62,425 nt of DNA, filler included, from Stramenopiles sp. TOSAG23-6 (GCA_900128565.1; 36 parts of 36 records of this genome joined end to end with filler, not necessarily neighbours in it); one strand, 5' to 3'. Shown: positions 24,493 to 37,997, numbered from the whole stretch's first letter. Notes: generated from the letters alone by a model not told the origin. Numbers and translations: made by a program.

Positions 24493-25785
24493 GTGTTGAA
24501 GGACACAATTGTTCAATGTCAGCGATTAGATGAAAGTAAAAATTGGGTCCTCTCATTGGATAAAACCGCTGATGGTCATGAAAAATGGCTCCCTCTTCGG
24601 TTGGAAGGTTACGGAGATTTAATTGTTCAACTAAATGTAAAAAAGATAAATAATACAAGTTCTAAAAAAAACAAAAAAAATGGAACATCTGTTGATGATG
24701 AGACGAAGCGTTTGAAAGATGAAGCAACTGCTGCTGCTTCAATGTTACGTGTAATGACTCAAAAGCACGNNNNNNNNNNNNNNNNNNNNNNNNNATCTCC
24801 ATAAGTCAAATGTAACCATTAAGCGTTTGAAACGAGAAGCAGAACAATGTAATGAGGAAAGGGACATAATGGCCGATAGATTAGCTGAAGCCGTTTCTGA
24901 AGTAGGCAAGACGTATGAAGATTGGAAAGATAAAATGGGACTAGAAGACAAACAAAGACATGAGCAAGAAATGGAAGATCATATGAATGATTCTAAGATT
25001 CAAATTGCATCTCTTCAATCAGAACTCGAAGAACTGAAAATATCAATGAAAAGGCAGATCGAAGAAGCTAATTTGACTGCAAAATCAGCCGAGGAAAAAG
25101 CTCGAATTGCCGAAGAAAATGCGGAGATATTTCAGTGTCTGATGAAAATGTCAAGATTATTGCGGAGCGAAACTCACTCCGACAGAAATCTGAAAGTATG
25201 GCAAAAGAAGTTCATCGACAGCTTAATACAGTAAAACTACATGCAGTAGTGAAAAAGAAAGCAGCGGAGGAAAAAAAGGAACTTTTGCAACACATTGTTG
25301 ATCTTGAAGCGATGGGCGAAATGAATAAAATAGTACGAAATCATGGTCCTAGGTGTGATAAGACTGAAAGAAAAAGCAGTGTAGAAGTGAATGAAAAGAG
25401 TTATCCAAATTCCAAGAATGCGCCACATAGACTTCGTTCTAAAAGTGAAAGTATCAAAGGTTTAGATAAAATGGATTTATCCGCATTGGCCAATGAATTA
25501 GGTGCTTTATTACATGCAAAAGCTGATCTGATGGATAAACTAGAAAGACTTCAACATAAATCAGCAGCATCTCTCAGCGCAAACACTAGTAAAGGTAGCA
25601 ATATAGCAGGTGCATTAGGAATCGTAGGAGGATATTTGACTCCAGCTGGTAGAGTTGCAGTTGCTGAAGATAGAAATCGTAGTATGATGATGAGTGCGTA
25701 TAAAGATGCACTTGATCATACAAATGGCTTAGTAGAACAATATAAGGCTAGAATTGAAGTTCTTCGATCGAAAGAAGATGTGTAG
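24493..25785 (+). CDS. Coiled-coil protein, C-terminal part (gap and frameshift)
   Basis: Three successive heptad-rich ORFs. Confidence 0.5.
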
Positions 25786-25879
25786 AATATGTTCTAATTA
25801 AAAAAGGGTAGCCCCAACCCCAAATATTTTGAAAATAAAGAAAAAAAACACAAAAACAATTTTATTAAAAATAAATGAG

Positions 25880-26082
25880 TTACATATGGTCATATGCAGG
25901 TCCTCCACCGCCTTCAGGGACAGTCCAGTCAATATACTCACTTGGCATTTTTATTGAACAACATTTGCAGTGTACACAGTTCTGAGCATTGATAACAAGT
26001 TGAGGAATTCCATTTGCATCGGCTTCAGTACCATCGGTGTATTCATATACCTGCGCAGGACAGAACCGTTGTTCTGGTCCAG
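25880..26082 (-). CDS. ETFDH: Electron transfer flavoprotein-ubiquinone oxidoreductase, C-terminal 4Fe-4S domain
   Basis: [14 protein letters not shown]...[39 protein letters not shown]; not in the ORF track. Confidence 0.93.
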
Positions 26083-26913
26083 NNNNNNNNNNNNNNNNNN
26101 NNNNNNNNNNNNNNNNNNNNNNNNNNTTAATTAATTAANNNNNNNNNNNNNNNNNNNNNNNNNNNNNNNNNNNNNNNNNNNNAAATATTCGTTTTTCATT
26201 GGACTCACCAGGATTGGTACTGCATACTGAAGTGGTCGCAGAACACAACTGCCCAGGAATAACAGATGAAAGACGCGACTCACCATTCAAACCTAAAAAT
26301 CGAGTTGTTGCTAACTTTCTATTTTCTAGAATACTATTTACAAATCGACTATGAAAATCAATTGAAGGACCTAGTGAAAGTAAATATTTTGTTTTAGAAT
26401 AATTACTATTACTGTAAACAAATTGATGAATGAGACGCAAAGCAGTGAGAGAATCCTCTGGTCGAGAGCAATCACCTGCTATTTGTAAACCTTCACGCAC
26501 TACGAAGCGCAACTGATTAGTATAGCCATTGCTTTACCTTTCAACTTGGTTATGTTGAGTGTACTGTATTTTTGTGCACGTACGCATGTTAGTATAAGGT
26601 GGTACTGGACCTCTGGACCTTCGTTTTCTGTTGTGAAATTGTGAATTCAGAATTTTGACCGCAGAATCTGATGTATACGTAGCTTAGTCCTATACAAATT
26701 TCATACCTAAGCTAATAAGCCATAATTTGAAATTGAAATCAATAATTTATCAATGAAAACTTTATTGAGAAGATGAGATTTATTTTATTCATAATAAAAT
26801 GTAAAATTTCTTGATGTATAATGCGCAACACGAGAAACATTTTGTGTTAAATCTTTCATTGCACATTACCACTTTGATACAATAAAAACCTAACCCTACT
26901 CTTTCATTGCACA

Positions 26914-27822
26914 TTACAACTTTGATACATTAAAAAATTGCCCTTTTAACGCAATTCGCGAGTATAATTTTTTCTTCAAATCATTGCCACCATCACAAAT
27001 ATTATCAACTTCAACAAGATTGACATGAGGATAACTTTCCGTCGAGTTTAATACTCTAGTATATTTTTGGTTCAATTGGCTTCGCGATTCATCCAGTAAA
27101 ATAGAACTTTTATGTATTGTACCGCCTATAATAGACCTCAAATCATATTGCCAATGACTTTGTATCATTGTTAGTTTTCCTACATTTGGTATTTCATTTG
27201 CTATTTTTTTGAGGTAGTTTTGATATTGATTCATTGGAATTTGTTTTTCCTTACAATTTTCATAGCAACAATAGGTCAAGTAACTTTGAAAATCTAAATC
27301 ATTATGTAAACTATTATNNNNNNNNNNNNNNNNNNNNNNNNNNNNNNNNNNNNNNNNNNNNNNNNNNNNNNNNNNNNNNNNNNNNNNNNNNNNNNNNNNN
27401 NNNNNNNNNNNNNNNNNNNNNNNNNNNNNNNNNNNNNNNNNNNNNNNNNNNNNNNNNNNNNNNNNNNNNNNNNCAAATCCAATATTTTCACATTTAATTG
27501 ATGGGTCATAGTTGGAATCAACACAACCAAATAAGGCTAAAATAGACCCTTTTTGATTTTTAACAATTCCTTTTTCAACGGCTTCCGAGTATGAAAGACT
27601 TTTTAACTGAGATGCACATTCATCTGTGTTCATCTGGTTTATATTTAGATCATCGAACATCTTATTTGCTACATCATAGCATTCGCTTTCACTTGCTTTA
27701 GTGTCATCATTACTACAGTCATCAATGAGTAGTAGAATAAGTTCACCTTCATAAAGATTTGTCCAATCTATTACATCTTGTAGTGCACTTTTTACATTTT
27801 GCTTTATCTTGACTGAACCGTG
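26914..27822 (-). CDS. Hypothetical protein, possibly a PLC-like phosphodiesterase (partial)
   Basis: 248-aa ORF across an N gap with LTMIQSHWQ and VNLVEVDNICDGG; family assignment is tentative. Confidence 0.4.
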   Translation of the reverse strand, partial: HGSVKIKQNVKSALQDVIDWTNLYEGELILLLIDDCSNDDTKASESECYDVANKMFDDLNINQMNTDECASQLKSLSYSEAVEKGIVKNQKGSILALFGCVDSNYDPSIKCENIGFXXXXXXXXXXXXXXXXXXXXXXXXXXXXXXXXXXXXXXXXXXXXXXXXXXXXXNSLHNDLDFQSYLTYCCYENCKEKQIPMNQYQNYLKKIANEIPNVGKLTMIQSHWQYDLRSIIGGTIHKSSILLDESRSQLNQKYTRVLNSTESYPHVNLVEVDNICDGGNDLKKKLYSRIALKGQFFNVSKL

Positions 27823-28014
27823 NNNNNNNNNNNNNNNNNNNNNNNNNNNNNNNNNNNNNNNNNNNNTTAATTAATTAANNNNNNNNNNNNNNNNNNNNNN
27901 NNNNNNNNNNNNNNNNNNNNNNGAAAAATATTTCAAAAAAAAAAAAACTAAAATTTGTTAGGTACAAAATTTCGTACGAAAATAAATTCGAAATTGAAAA
28001 AACATAAAACATAC

Positions 28015-29500
28015 ATTCGCCTTGACAGTTTCATCCACATTAGCCAATCTCTGAGCTGCAGACACCAATACGCGCAGAACTTCTATTCTAGTTCCAATTG
28101 TATGTATTTTGGAAAAATATTTCAAAAAAAGAATCTAAAAAAAATTGTTAGGTACAAAATTTCGTACTAAAAAACAAATTCAAATTTTCAAAAAAATAAA
28201 ACATACATGCTCCGTTGCATAAAACTGAGCAGTTAATTCTCTAGCCATCATCTCAGGTTCTTCTACAGTAATTCCAACAAGTGCCTTACAGCGAATCAAA
28301 TCGAAATTCTCAATGTTGAATCGATTTTCAAGAGTCAAAAGAACTCTACTCAATTCAACAGCCACTTCAGGTAAATGTATTTTGGAAAAATATTTCAAAA
28401 AAAAACTACAATTTGTTAGGTACAAACTTTCGTACGAAAAAAAAATCGATTTTTTTGTTTAAAAAAAAAAAATAAAACATACATCAGCTGGAACAGGAAA
28501 TGTATTCATAAGTTCGTCAAGTGATAATAATGTTGTTTCAGTCTGATCATAATTTTTTTGTTTTTCTGGATCTTGAAGATTGGATAAACAATGCCGTAGA
28601 AATAAAATATTCGTTTTTTTTTTTTTTTTTTTTTCAGTACAATCTACATCATTATTATTCATATCATAAGCTTCAAGACTAGCATCGCTATCATCACTGT
28701 CAAACTCAATAGGAGTATTATATCTCTGTGATGCGGATGAAGAATATTCATCTGTATCTTTTGATGTACACTCATCTCCTGCTAATATAGAATTAACAGC
28801 GGACACATCAATTGTTTCATCTGATTTTTTATCATTATCAAAAGATTTGATTGAATTTGGTGATATATTTTCATCGTCACTTGTAAATATTTCATCTGGG
28901 TTCAATATTCCAATTGCTTCATCTGTATTTTCATCTGATAATGGAGAAAATGAATTGATATCCAAATCAATGTCTCGTTTTTCATTCCTTCTTATCTTTT
29001 GTTGTACAACAGATGTAGAATCTATACCAAATTTCGTACAGCCCATGATAGATGTAGTCATTATTTCTCGGAGCTGTTTCACAAGTGTAGACTCGAATAA
29101 CATTTTTTTATCACTCATTTCTGCTTCAACATCTCGAATATTCTTCAATTCGTCAAACTTGAGCAAATGATTTGGATCTAGAGCAAAAGACATGGCTTCG
29201 GCAACTTTCATACCTATCAATTGAATAGCAGGCCGAGGAGAATCCATACGATTTTGTATACCTTTTAATATTAATGGCATTGATAAAGAGTTCTGAAGAC
29301 CAACCGCACTATGAATATCAACATAGTATTGCATACATAAACTTAAAGATTTTGAAACGCACTGTTGATACCTCTCGTCACCACTATTTGTAAATTCTAA
29401 GCTACTCCATGTTTCAGCAACATGAGTCAAAGTCAAAGCAAGAGATTTTGATGAATACTTCCGTAAGAGATCTACAATATACGAAATACTTTCGACATCA
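28015..29500 (-). CDS. TELO2: Telomere length regulation protein TEL2 fragment; GT-AT introns 28375-28482 and 28102-28206
   Basis: LILKGIQNRMDSPRPAIQLIGMKVAEAMS; LEAYDM; LPEVAVELSRVLLTLENRF...RCKALVGITV. Confidence 0.85.
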
Positions 29501-29659
29501 ATGGATTTTGGAAAAATATTTCAAAAAAAAAAAACTTAAATTTGTTAGGTACAAAATTTNNNNNNNNNNNNNNNNNNNNNNNNNNNNNNNNNNNNNNNNN
29601 NNNTTAATTAATTAANNNNNNNNNNNNNNNNNNNNNNNNNNNNNNNNNNNNNNNNNNNN

Positions 29660-30560
29660 TACTCCCATAACATGAACCAGATACAATAGCAATTGGAGTA
29701 TCTTTGGAGAAACGATCTTCTAATGTACGAAAAAATAGTTCCGGGTCATATTTGCCAAATTTAATAGCAATTTTCGTTAGAACATTTGAAAGGATTCTCT
29801 CCAAGGTATCACCTGCTTGACTTTTGAACTCTTCAGCCTTTTCACAACCTCCTCCTGTACAATTAAGGGAACCACATCCTTCGGAACCATGTGCGTTAAT
29901 GTATATAATAACAGCTGCTGCAGTTTCAGGCTGATCCTTCGAATGAAATACCCAGTTTGTTATTGAATGAGTTTCAATGATAGGTTCAGATTGCGCGTTG
30001 GATTGCCTATTCTCTTTACCTAACAATGCGTTAAAAATACATGTCATCAAACTTTCTCCATTAAGAAAACCATCTTGAGGGTTATCATCATGCAGAAAAA
30101 TACCATATACTGGTCTTTTTCTTACAGCTCTACCTCTTGCAAGTGCTTGAAGGTTTATAATTTGTTCAATTTCCGCTGCTGCATGTAGTCTTGCGGCTCT
30201 ACCTCTTGCAAGTGCTTGAAGGTTTATAATGTTGTTTATTACTGCTTCTGGGTCTGCACGTGGTTGAAGATTTATTAATGGTGCCGTTCCCTTAACTTGT
30301 TTTGGTGTTGCTGCTATTTGAGGAATATCAGCAGCAGTTTGAGACACTGAATGACTTCGTTGTATTGAAAAAATATCTGGAACCGTTGTATCGCCACGAA
30401 TCCCAACAACACGTTGTGGTAAAGATTGAGTTCGTCGTAGTGCATTACCGACTGGTTCACCTTCTTTACGAGATTCAATTAATGCCGTACCACTTACCAA
30501 AAAATAACTTAGTATCATAAATATTGGTACCCAATGACATATTTTTATGCGTGTTCTCAT
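29660..30560 (-). CDS. Predicted secreted protein with two IQ-like motifs, partial
   Basis: N-terminal hydrophobic segment; IINLQALARGRAAR and IINLQALARGRAVR. Confidence 0.6.
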
Positions 30561-30949
30561 TTTTGTTTGTATGAGAATATAAATTCAATTACTTTGTAGG
30601 ATATGACGTTCTCAAATGTACCAAAATGTTATACTTTGTACAGCTGTATATTTTTTGAAGAGACTTTATTATTTTTGGATACGTGTACTGTCGTTATTTT
30701 TTAGGATACTTTTTTTGGATACGATTTTTTATAACGGACGATTCAAAGTACCGGGTATCGTACTACCCAAAGTCAAAATAAACAATACTTTAGTAGACAT
30801 GTTCAAGTTAATTCAATCTATATTATATTATCAAGAATACTCATTATACATTGGCTGTGTTGTATACAAAGAATTTTGATTTGTTGTACACAAAGAATTT
30901 TGATGAAAAAAAAAAATTCAACAAAATTTATTTTAATTTTTTTAATTTA

Positions 30950-31177
30950 TTAAATTAAAACATTTTCTATAGTCGTTGCAGTAGTCAACAAAGCATCCAT
31001 TTCTTCATTCAATTCATGAATTGTCTTTAAATCTCGATCTTTGATGTGCTGTGGGACTTTTTCTTGATACTTTGAGGAATTGAAACGTTTAGTAAACATT
31101 TCAATTTTTTTTTCTGTTTTTTTACGTCGATTTTGAATTCGTTGTAACTCACTTTCAAATCGATTTCGTGATTTTGC
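30950..31177 (-). CDS. Valyl-tRNA synthetase-like C-terminal coiled-coil exon
   Basis: ELQRIQNRRKKTEKKIEMFTKRFNSSKYQEKVPQHIKDRD; follows a family acceptor AAAACAT. Confidence 0.65.
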   Translation of the reverse strand, partial: AKSRNRFESELQRIQNRRKKTEKKIEMFTKRFNSSKYQEKVPQHIKDRDLKTIHELNEEMDALLTTATTIENVLI

Positions 31178-31399
31178 ATGTTTTTTAAAAAAATATTTCA
31201 AACATTTGATAAAAATAAAAAATAAAATTTTGTATGAATTTGAAAAAAAAAAAAAAAAAAAAATTTTCAATTTTTCAAAAAAAACTTAAATTTTTNNNNN
31301 NNNNNNNNNNNNNNNNNNNNNNNNNNNNNNNNNNNNNNNTTAATTAATTAANNNNNNNNNNNNNNNNNNNNNNNNNNNNNNNNNNNNNNNNNNNNGAGA

Positions 31400-33031
31400 A
31401 TGATGACTTTGGTTACTTTATTACTATTTGGAGTGGCAGCAAATACAACTGCGTCACAGCTAACAACACCGAGTCCACCGATCGATCGTGCGGCTTCCAA
31501 GATTCAAGCGGCTGCCGTTAACAGTAATCAGCAGCTTGGAATTGATCCTACAATAGGTGTTTCAAACTATGCCGAAAATGTTGGACAGGCTGCTACAAAG
31601 ATTCAAGCGGCTGTCCGTGATTTTATTGCTCGTAAGAGTCATCAGCAGCTTGGAATTGATCCTACAACAGGTGATTCAAACGATGACAAAAATGCTGGAC
31701 AGGCTGTTGGTGATATACAACGAGCCCTCTATTTTGCCGAACCTCAAGATCCAAATGTAGGTTCTCTTTTTGCAACAAGAAAGGCCGTCGCCACAGAAAT
31801 TAAATTTTATATACCAGATGAAGATATCCGTAGAAAAACAAAAACAGAGGCAGAAACAGAGGATATTAAACGAAAAGCTGTAGCAAAAATCACTCAATTC
31901 AAAGACATGTCTTTTGATGAATTTAATCAAAGCGATGATGCGCCAGTTTATATGGGGAGTTTGTTTAATCCTAAGAACAATGGAGAGCTTGAAATATTCA
32001 CTAATGATTTGCACAAATCGTGGGACTCGTTTCTCGGAAACAAAGTCGACCAGGCGAGACTTGGAGGCGCAGAACCAAGTTCACAAATATTAAGCGAATC
32101 TAGAGTGGAATTCAAGGATATAATGCAAAAGTATGGATTTCATGCAATGCAAAGAAGAACCAATCAAGTCATCCAGAAACCTTTTGAGTTGAATTTCGTG
32201 GTGATTAGTACTGATGATAGCAATGATTATTTAGATCCTAATAACAAGTATAAATGCCCTGGATTCAAGGTTTATGTGCCGACCGACATTCTAGTCGAAG
32301 GCTTACGATGCCAGGCTTCGAAAACATTAAGTACGTATATCAGCATAGATGGCAGCAATTTTAATGAAAATCATTGGCACAACCATAAATTTGATCGAGA
32401 TAAAAAAGGCATTGCACGTTTCGGAGAAGTGACACGAACAGACAGAAAGTTTAATGATTTTTTTGTCGGCGGAACAGCTCTTATGCATCCAGCAATTTTT
32501 TCATCAACATCAAGAGAAGATTCTGCTATTCTTAAAAATGATAGGATCATCAACCGATGGCAGGCAGAGTTTCTGAATTTGCGAGGTATGTTTGAAATGA
32601 TGCTAGACAAAGGCGCCCTCTTGGTCACTAAACCAAATACACCATTTAGTGGTCTCTTTAAAGGTGTCCACCATTTATTTCATCGTACCCAATTGATACC
32701 CATATACAAAGCAGGTAGGCATAAACCAATAAAAGAGGAAATGCCTTTTCCTTCGGTGTTGACTAACCCAAGACTAGGGCATAATGTCTTGCAGGATAGT
32801 TTAAGCAAAAACGATAGCTTGTCACGGACATACTCTGAGGGAATAGCTTTTACATTATTTGAAGCTTTACAACGTGGTGATGTAGCAAAACTTGAACCCC
32901 TTCTCCCCCTTCTCAGTGAACATATACAAGCAATTGATGGCTATACTGATAAGGACGGAAACACCCTATTGAATATTGCTTCAAAGAAAGGTGATGTTGG
33001 AGTAGTTGAACTACTTATCAAAGCAGGTGCA
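31400..33031 (+). CDS. Predicted secreted protein with IQ-like motifs and an ankyrin repeat, 3' truncated
   Basis: MMTLVTLLLFGVAA; AASKIQAA and AATKIQAAVRDFIARK; DKDGNTLLNIASKKGDVGVVELLIKAGA. Confidence 0.7.
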
Positions 33032-33131
33032 NNNNNNNNNNNNNNNNNNNNNNNNNNNNNNNNNNNNNNNNNNNNTTAATTAATTAANNNNNNNNNNNNN
33101 NNNNNNNNNNNNNNNNNNNNNNNNNNNNNNN

Positions 33132-34593
33132 AATAAAAATAAAATACAAAATGAAATGTGTAAAAAAACATTTGAACTTGACCAATTTGATCCTTTATCA
33201 TCATATGCATTCTCAAGACCATTTGAACATGTCAAATTTACACAATATTTATTTACAACGGGTACCGGGTCCACCTGGGCAATTATTAATAAAGATGAAT
33301 TAGAAAATTCTGGATGTCAGGATAAGCAAGTTGAGGTAGGGTTGGGGTTAGGGTTAGGGGAAGAGGGTGATATTACTGGACCTGATGTGTATACATATAA
33401 TATACCAAATACACGAAATATGAAAAATACACGAAATAATGAATTTCCAAAAGCAATTGATATTGAACGAAGTTATCATCGTAATATTCATGGCTATTTA
33501 TTAGGGGGATGTGAAAATGGTACAAATTTAAGTACAAATTTAAAAAAAAATTTTAAAAAAAATTCAAAAAAAAATTCAAAAAAAAATTTAAAAAAAAATT
33601 TAAAAAATGATCAATTTGTAATTTATTTAGATGAATCGATAGAAATTCGACCAGGTGTGTTTAAAAGAGGTAAAGAAATTATATACGCAGAAGGACATTC
33701 AATCATGTACGTGTTTCAATTTCGAATTTATTTATAATATATATAATTTTTTTTTTTTTTTTTTTTTTTTTTTTGGAAGGAAAAAAAATTTTTAATTTTT
33801 TCCTAAATTTTTACTTTTAATTTTTTTTTTTTTTTTTTTCATTATACATTTTACATTTTGAACCATTATTGAACATTCAAAGAAAATAAATGAAAATAAA
33901 ACTCAACAATCAAATCAAAGTCTTTACAATTGAACTCATTTGTCCTTTTTTTTAAATATTTTTTCACATTCTATGAAAGGTTTAAGTACAAAAAAGTTTC
34001 TACTTGAAGATGGATTTAATGTTTGGATTCGAAATGGAAATGCCATTGACGGTTACACAAATCCATTTCAGAAAAACCCTAACCCTAATAATAATGATGA
34101 AAATGATGAAAATAATAATGATGATAATAATGATAATGATAATGATGCTAATAATAATAATAATAATGATGATGATGATAATGATGATGATAATGATGAT
34201 GACTATTCATATGATGAAAAAATTACTGAACTGTTCGATGATAACATCGAGAATACACGAAATATACAAAATAATGATTCTACAAAGAATATTACAATGA
34301 CGATTCAAAGTAATGGTAAAAAAGTTCAATTATTTGTTCCTTCAACAAAAACAGCAGGTATTTTTTTACAATGTTCAAATCAAAAAAAAAAAATTGTAGA
34401 TTTTTTTTTTCTATTTTTTTTTCGTAGTACATTTTGTACCTAACAAAACAACATAAATTTTTTAAAAATATCACAACACATTACAAAAGATGCTGCACAA
34501 GAATTTTGTACTGGTATGAACAAACACGAAATATGTAAAATTGCCATAATAAGAGAAATCAAAAGACTTCGTGAAGAAATGGAAGAGCCCTAA
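33132..34593 (+). CDS. Hypothetical Asn/Asp-rich protein fragment with two family-type introns
   Basis: ATC AT|GTACG...CATTCTAT|G AAA GGT restores frame; the second junction (near 34357) is unresolved. Confidence 0.5.
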
Positions 34594-34867
34594 CCCTAGG
34601 TAATTCTTTGTTTGTCATGAAATCTTATAAATAATAAAAAACATCTTATTAAAATATATAATATATTTTTTTGAATNCACATATTGTAAAAGATGTAAAA
34701 CATTTTCGACGTCCATCAAAATCAAAAACATCTCAGCTGTGAGATTCCATGCCATTGTTTTGTACCTNNNNNNNNNNNNNNNNNNNNNNNNNNNNNNNNN
34801 NNNNNNNNNNNTTAATTAATTAANNNNNNNNNNNNNNNNNNNNNNNNNNNNNNNNNNNNNNNNNNNN

Positions 34868-35442
34868 TTGTTGAAGAATTAAAAGATAAAAAAGTAAAGC
34901 AAATTTCAGCTGGTTTAAAACACACTGTTGTATTACTTGAAAATGGTGATGTATATACATGGGGAAATGGAGCAGAAGGTCTACTTGGTCATGGTAATAC
35001 AGAAAATCAACTCATACCTAAATATGTTGAAGAATTAAAAGATAAAAAAGTAAAGCAGATATCAACTAGTCATAATCACACTGTTGCATTACTAAAAAAT
35101 GGTGATATATACACATGGGGAAGTGGATATTATGGTCGACTTGGTCATGGTGATACAAAAACTCAACTCTTACCTAAAGTTGTTGAAGAATTAAAAGATA
35201 AAAACGTATCAGAAATATCAATTGGTTATCGACACAGTGTTGTATTACTCGAAAATGGTACTGTATGCACTTGGGGAAGTGGAGATTATGGTATACTTGG
35301 TCATGGTGATGAAAGTCATCAAATGATACCTAAAATTGTTGAAGAATTAAAAGATGAAAAAGTAGTGAAAGTTAAAGCAACTTTCTTTCAGACTTTAATT
35401 TATGGAGATAATAATTGTGTGATTGCAAAATATGGCCATTAA
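34868..35442 (+). CDS. RCC1-repeat protein, 3' part
   Basis: Repeated HTVxLLENGDVYTWGxGxxGxLGHG motifs. Confidence 0.9.
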
Positions 35443-35745
35443 AATATATTTTATTAATGTTCTTTACTTTTTTAATTCTACAAATGTATACACAAAAAAT
35501 TGTTTCAATTAGAATTATTATAGATATGATTTCAAATGTTTTATTATATAAACAAAAATGATTTTTGATTTAAATTTTTAATATCTTTTTTATTTTTTTC
35601 CATATTACTACTATTTTCATTTTGATGGAGGATGACGTCATCGTCGTCATGTCATTTTTTGACAGCTTTTTTTTTTTTTTTTTTCGACCTTTCCCTCTCA
35701 ACCTTCGAGGCAAGGACAAATATTTCACCTAGAGTCACACCAATT

Positions 35746-36503
35746 ATGCTGATGAATTGTCACCAATACAACAAGAAACGAAAAGCGAGTTCATTATTGA
35801 ATGAGAGTGAATTATCTACCATAAAATTTGAAGATATCTATCTTGTTGCAGATACTCGGCGGTTAGTGACACCATTTTTAAGGGAGAGGGGTATTCAATC
35901 AATATGTTGCGCTTCGAAAGAAACTAATGAGGCAACAGAACTTGATCGCGCATACCAGTTGTATCATCAAATTAAACCAGTGGCAAATCTATTTGAATCG
36001 TTCGATTTTATTTCAGATAAAACATCAATTACAAAGAAAGGAAATAATGAGACAGCAAAACAGTGGTACAAACGGATTGAAGAAGAAGCAAAAGAAGTTT
36101 TCAGTGATAAAAATATTCCATGTGGAAATTGTGTATCTAACCTTGGAATAATATCTCGTGTTATTTATCTTACTTCTTCTAGTGATAATCGTTCATATTA
36201 TGCTGTGATATCTGGTTTGGTATACACATGGGGATATGGAGAAAATGGTCGACTTGGTCATGGTGATACAAAAACTCAACTCATACCTAAAATTATTGAA
36301 GAATTAAAAGATAAAAAAGTAAAGCAGATATCAACTAGTCATGATCTTACTGTTGCATTACTAGAAAATGGTGATATATACACATGGGGAAATGGAAGAG
36401 AAGGTCGACTTGGTCATGGTGATAAAGAAGATCAACTCATACCTAAAGTTGTTGAAGAATTAAAAGATAAAAAAGTAAAGCAAATTTCAGCTGGTTTAAA
36501 ACA
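35746..36503 (+). CDS. RCC1-repeat protein, 5' part
   Basis: VYTWGYGENGRLGHGD repeats; the scaffold end overlaps its own start by 55 nt. Confidence 0.85.
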
Positions 36504-36705
36504 NNNNNNNNNNNNNNNNNNNNNNNNNNNNNNNNNNNNNNNNNNNNTTAATTAATTAANNNNNNNNNNNNNNNNNNNNNNNNNNNNNNNNNNNNNNNNN
36601 NNNAATGTATGTTTTATTTTTTTTCAAATTCGAGTTTTTTTTCATACGAAATTTTGTACCTAACAAATTTTAGTTTTTTTTTTGAAATATTGTTCCAAAA
36701 TACTT

Positions 36706-36944
36706 ACGGTGGAGGTGACGAACTGTTTGATGCTGCCCAGGATTTAGCTACGACAATTGCTAGTAAGTCACCTTTGACTGTCAGAGGTGCAAAGTGTTCA
36801 TTGAATTTTTCTAGAGAGCATTCAACTCAAGATGGACTTAACCATGTTGCTATGTTAAATGCTTCTATATTACAATCAAATGATTTAGATGAAGCAATGA
36901 TTGCTGCATTGTCAAAGAGAAACCCTTTTTACCCGAAGCCATAA
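36706..36944 (+). CDS. Enoyl-CoA hydratase / dienoyl-CoA isomerase (ECH1-like), last exon
   Basis: LATTIASKSPLTVRGAKCSLNFSREHSTQDGLNHVAMLNASILQSNDL. Confidence 0.85.
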
Positions 36945-37765
36945 TTTTTAAATACATATTTTGGTTTGAAAAAATTGTTAAATATTTATATATGTAATAA
37001 AAGTGGGGTTGACTGTAATATTGATCTGAGATTAATTTTTTTTTTTTTTTAAAGTACACGGGTGCATCATTATTTAAAAAAAAATAAAAGATATAATCCA
37101 TCGTTAAACTTATTTTAAAATTTATATATATAAATACATGTAGANCACATTTTTGCATCATTCTGACAGAGTAGAATTTCTTAACAAAAAGTATTTGGAA
37201 TTTTTTTTTTTTTTTTTTCAAAAATTGATATATATATATATATGTTTTTTGTAGAATTATTTTCTAACATGTATACAGAAACATTGTCAAAACATTATTA
37301 TTGATGGTTCAGTTGTATGCTTTNTACGCTTTATTTTTTTATGTAATTGTTTTTCATAGATAATTTTGTACATAATGAGAAAAAAAAATAATATTTTCAT
37401 AGATAAATTTGTACCGAATGAGAAAAAATATTTTTTTTCATAGATAATTTCGTACCTAACAAAGAAAAAAAATCTAAGAAGATTTTGTTACAATTATAAT
37501 TGATACAGATAAAGAAGTAATCAATAAAGCAGATAAGAAGGCCCTTGTGCTTAGTTTTAGAGTCCCCATGTGAGCCATGCGAGGGAAATAGTGTAGTGTG
37601 ATACCCTATTTTATTGATCTTTTTTGTTCATTTAATTAGGGTTAGGGTCTGGAAGGCATGTAAATATATTACTCGAAGTGTCCATTTTTATTCTAAAAAA
37701 CAGAAAAGAAACAATATTATTATGAAATTGAAATGATAATAATCAAATCTCTTTGCACAAGCTAG

Positions 37766-37997
37766 GGTTTGCCATGCTATGAACATGGACTGTCGTGGTA
37801 CTGGAGGCAAACATACAGCGGCAGATAAAACTGGTAAAGTTGATATCAGTAACATTCACAGAATTGGTAAAAGTGAAGTAAAGCTTGTGCAAATCATGAT
37901 TGATGGAATTTCCAAACTCATTGAGCTTGAAAAAATTGGACAGAACAGCCTTGATGAACTCAAAAGCGCTGTCAAAGAATTCAAATCGACTCTCTAA
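37766..37997 (+). CDS. Phosphagen (ATP:guanido) kinase, last exon
   Basis: RGTGGKHTAA...DISNIHRIGKSEVKLVQIMIDGISKLIELEK; preceded by a TAG acceptor. Confidence 0.88.

Noticed and set aside
24493-25785. Alternative genetic code or programmed frameshifting to explain broken ORFs
   Set aside because: The breaks are frame changes rather than in-frame stops at conserved residues, and long conserved ORFs read normally in the standard code.
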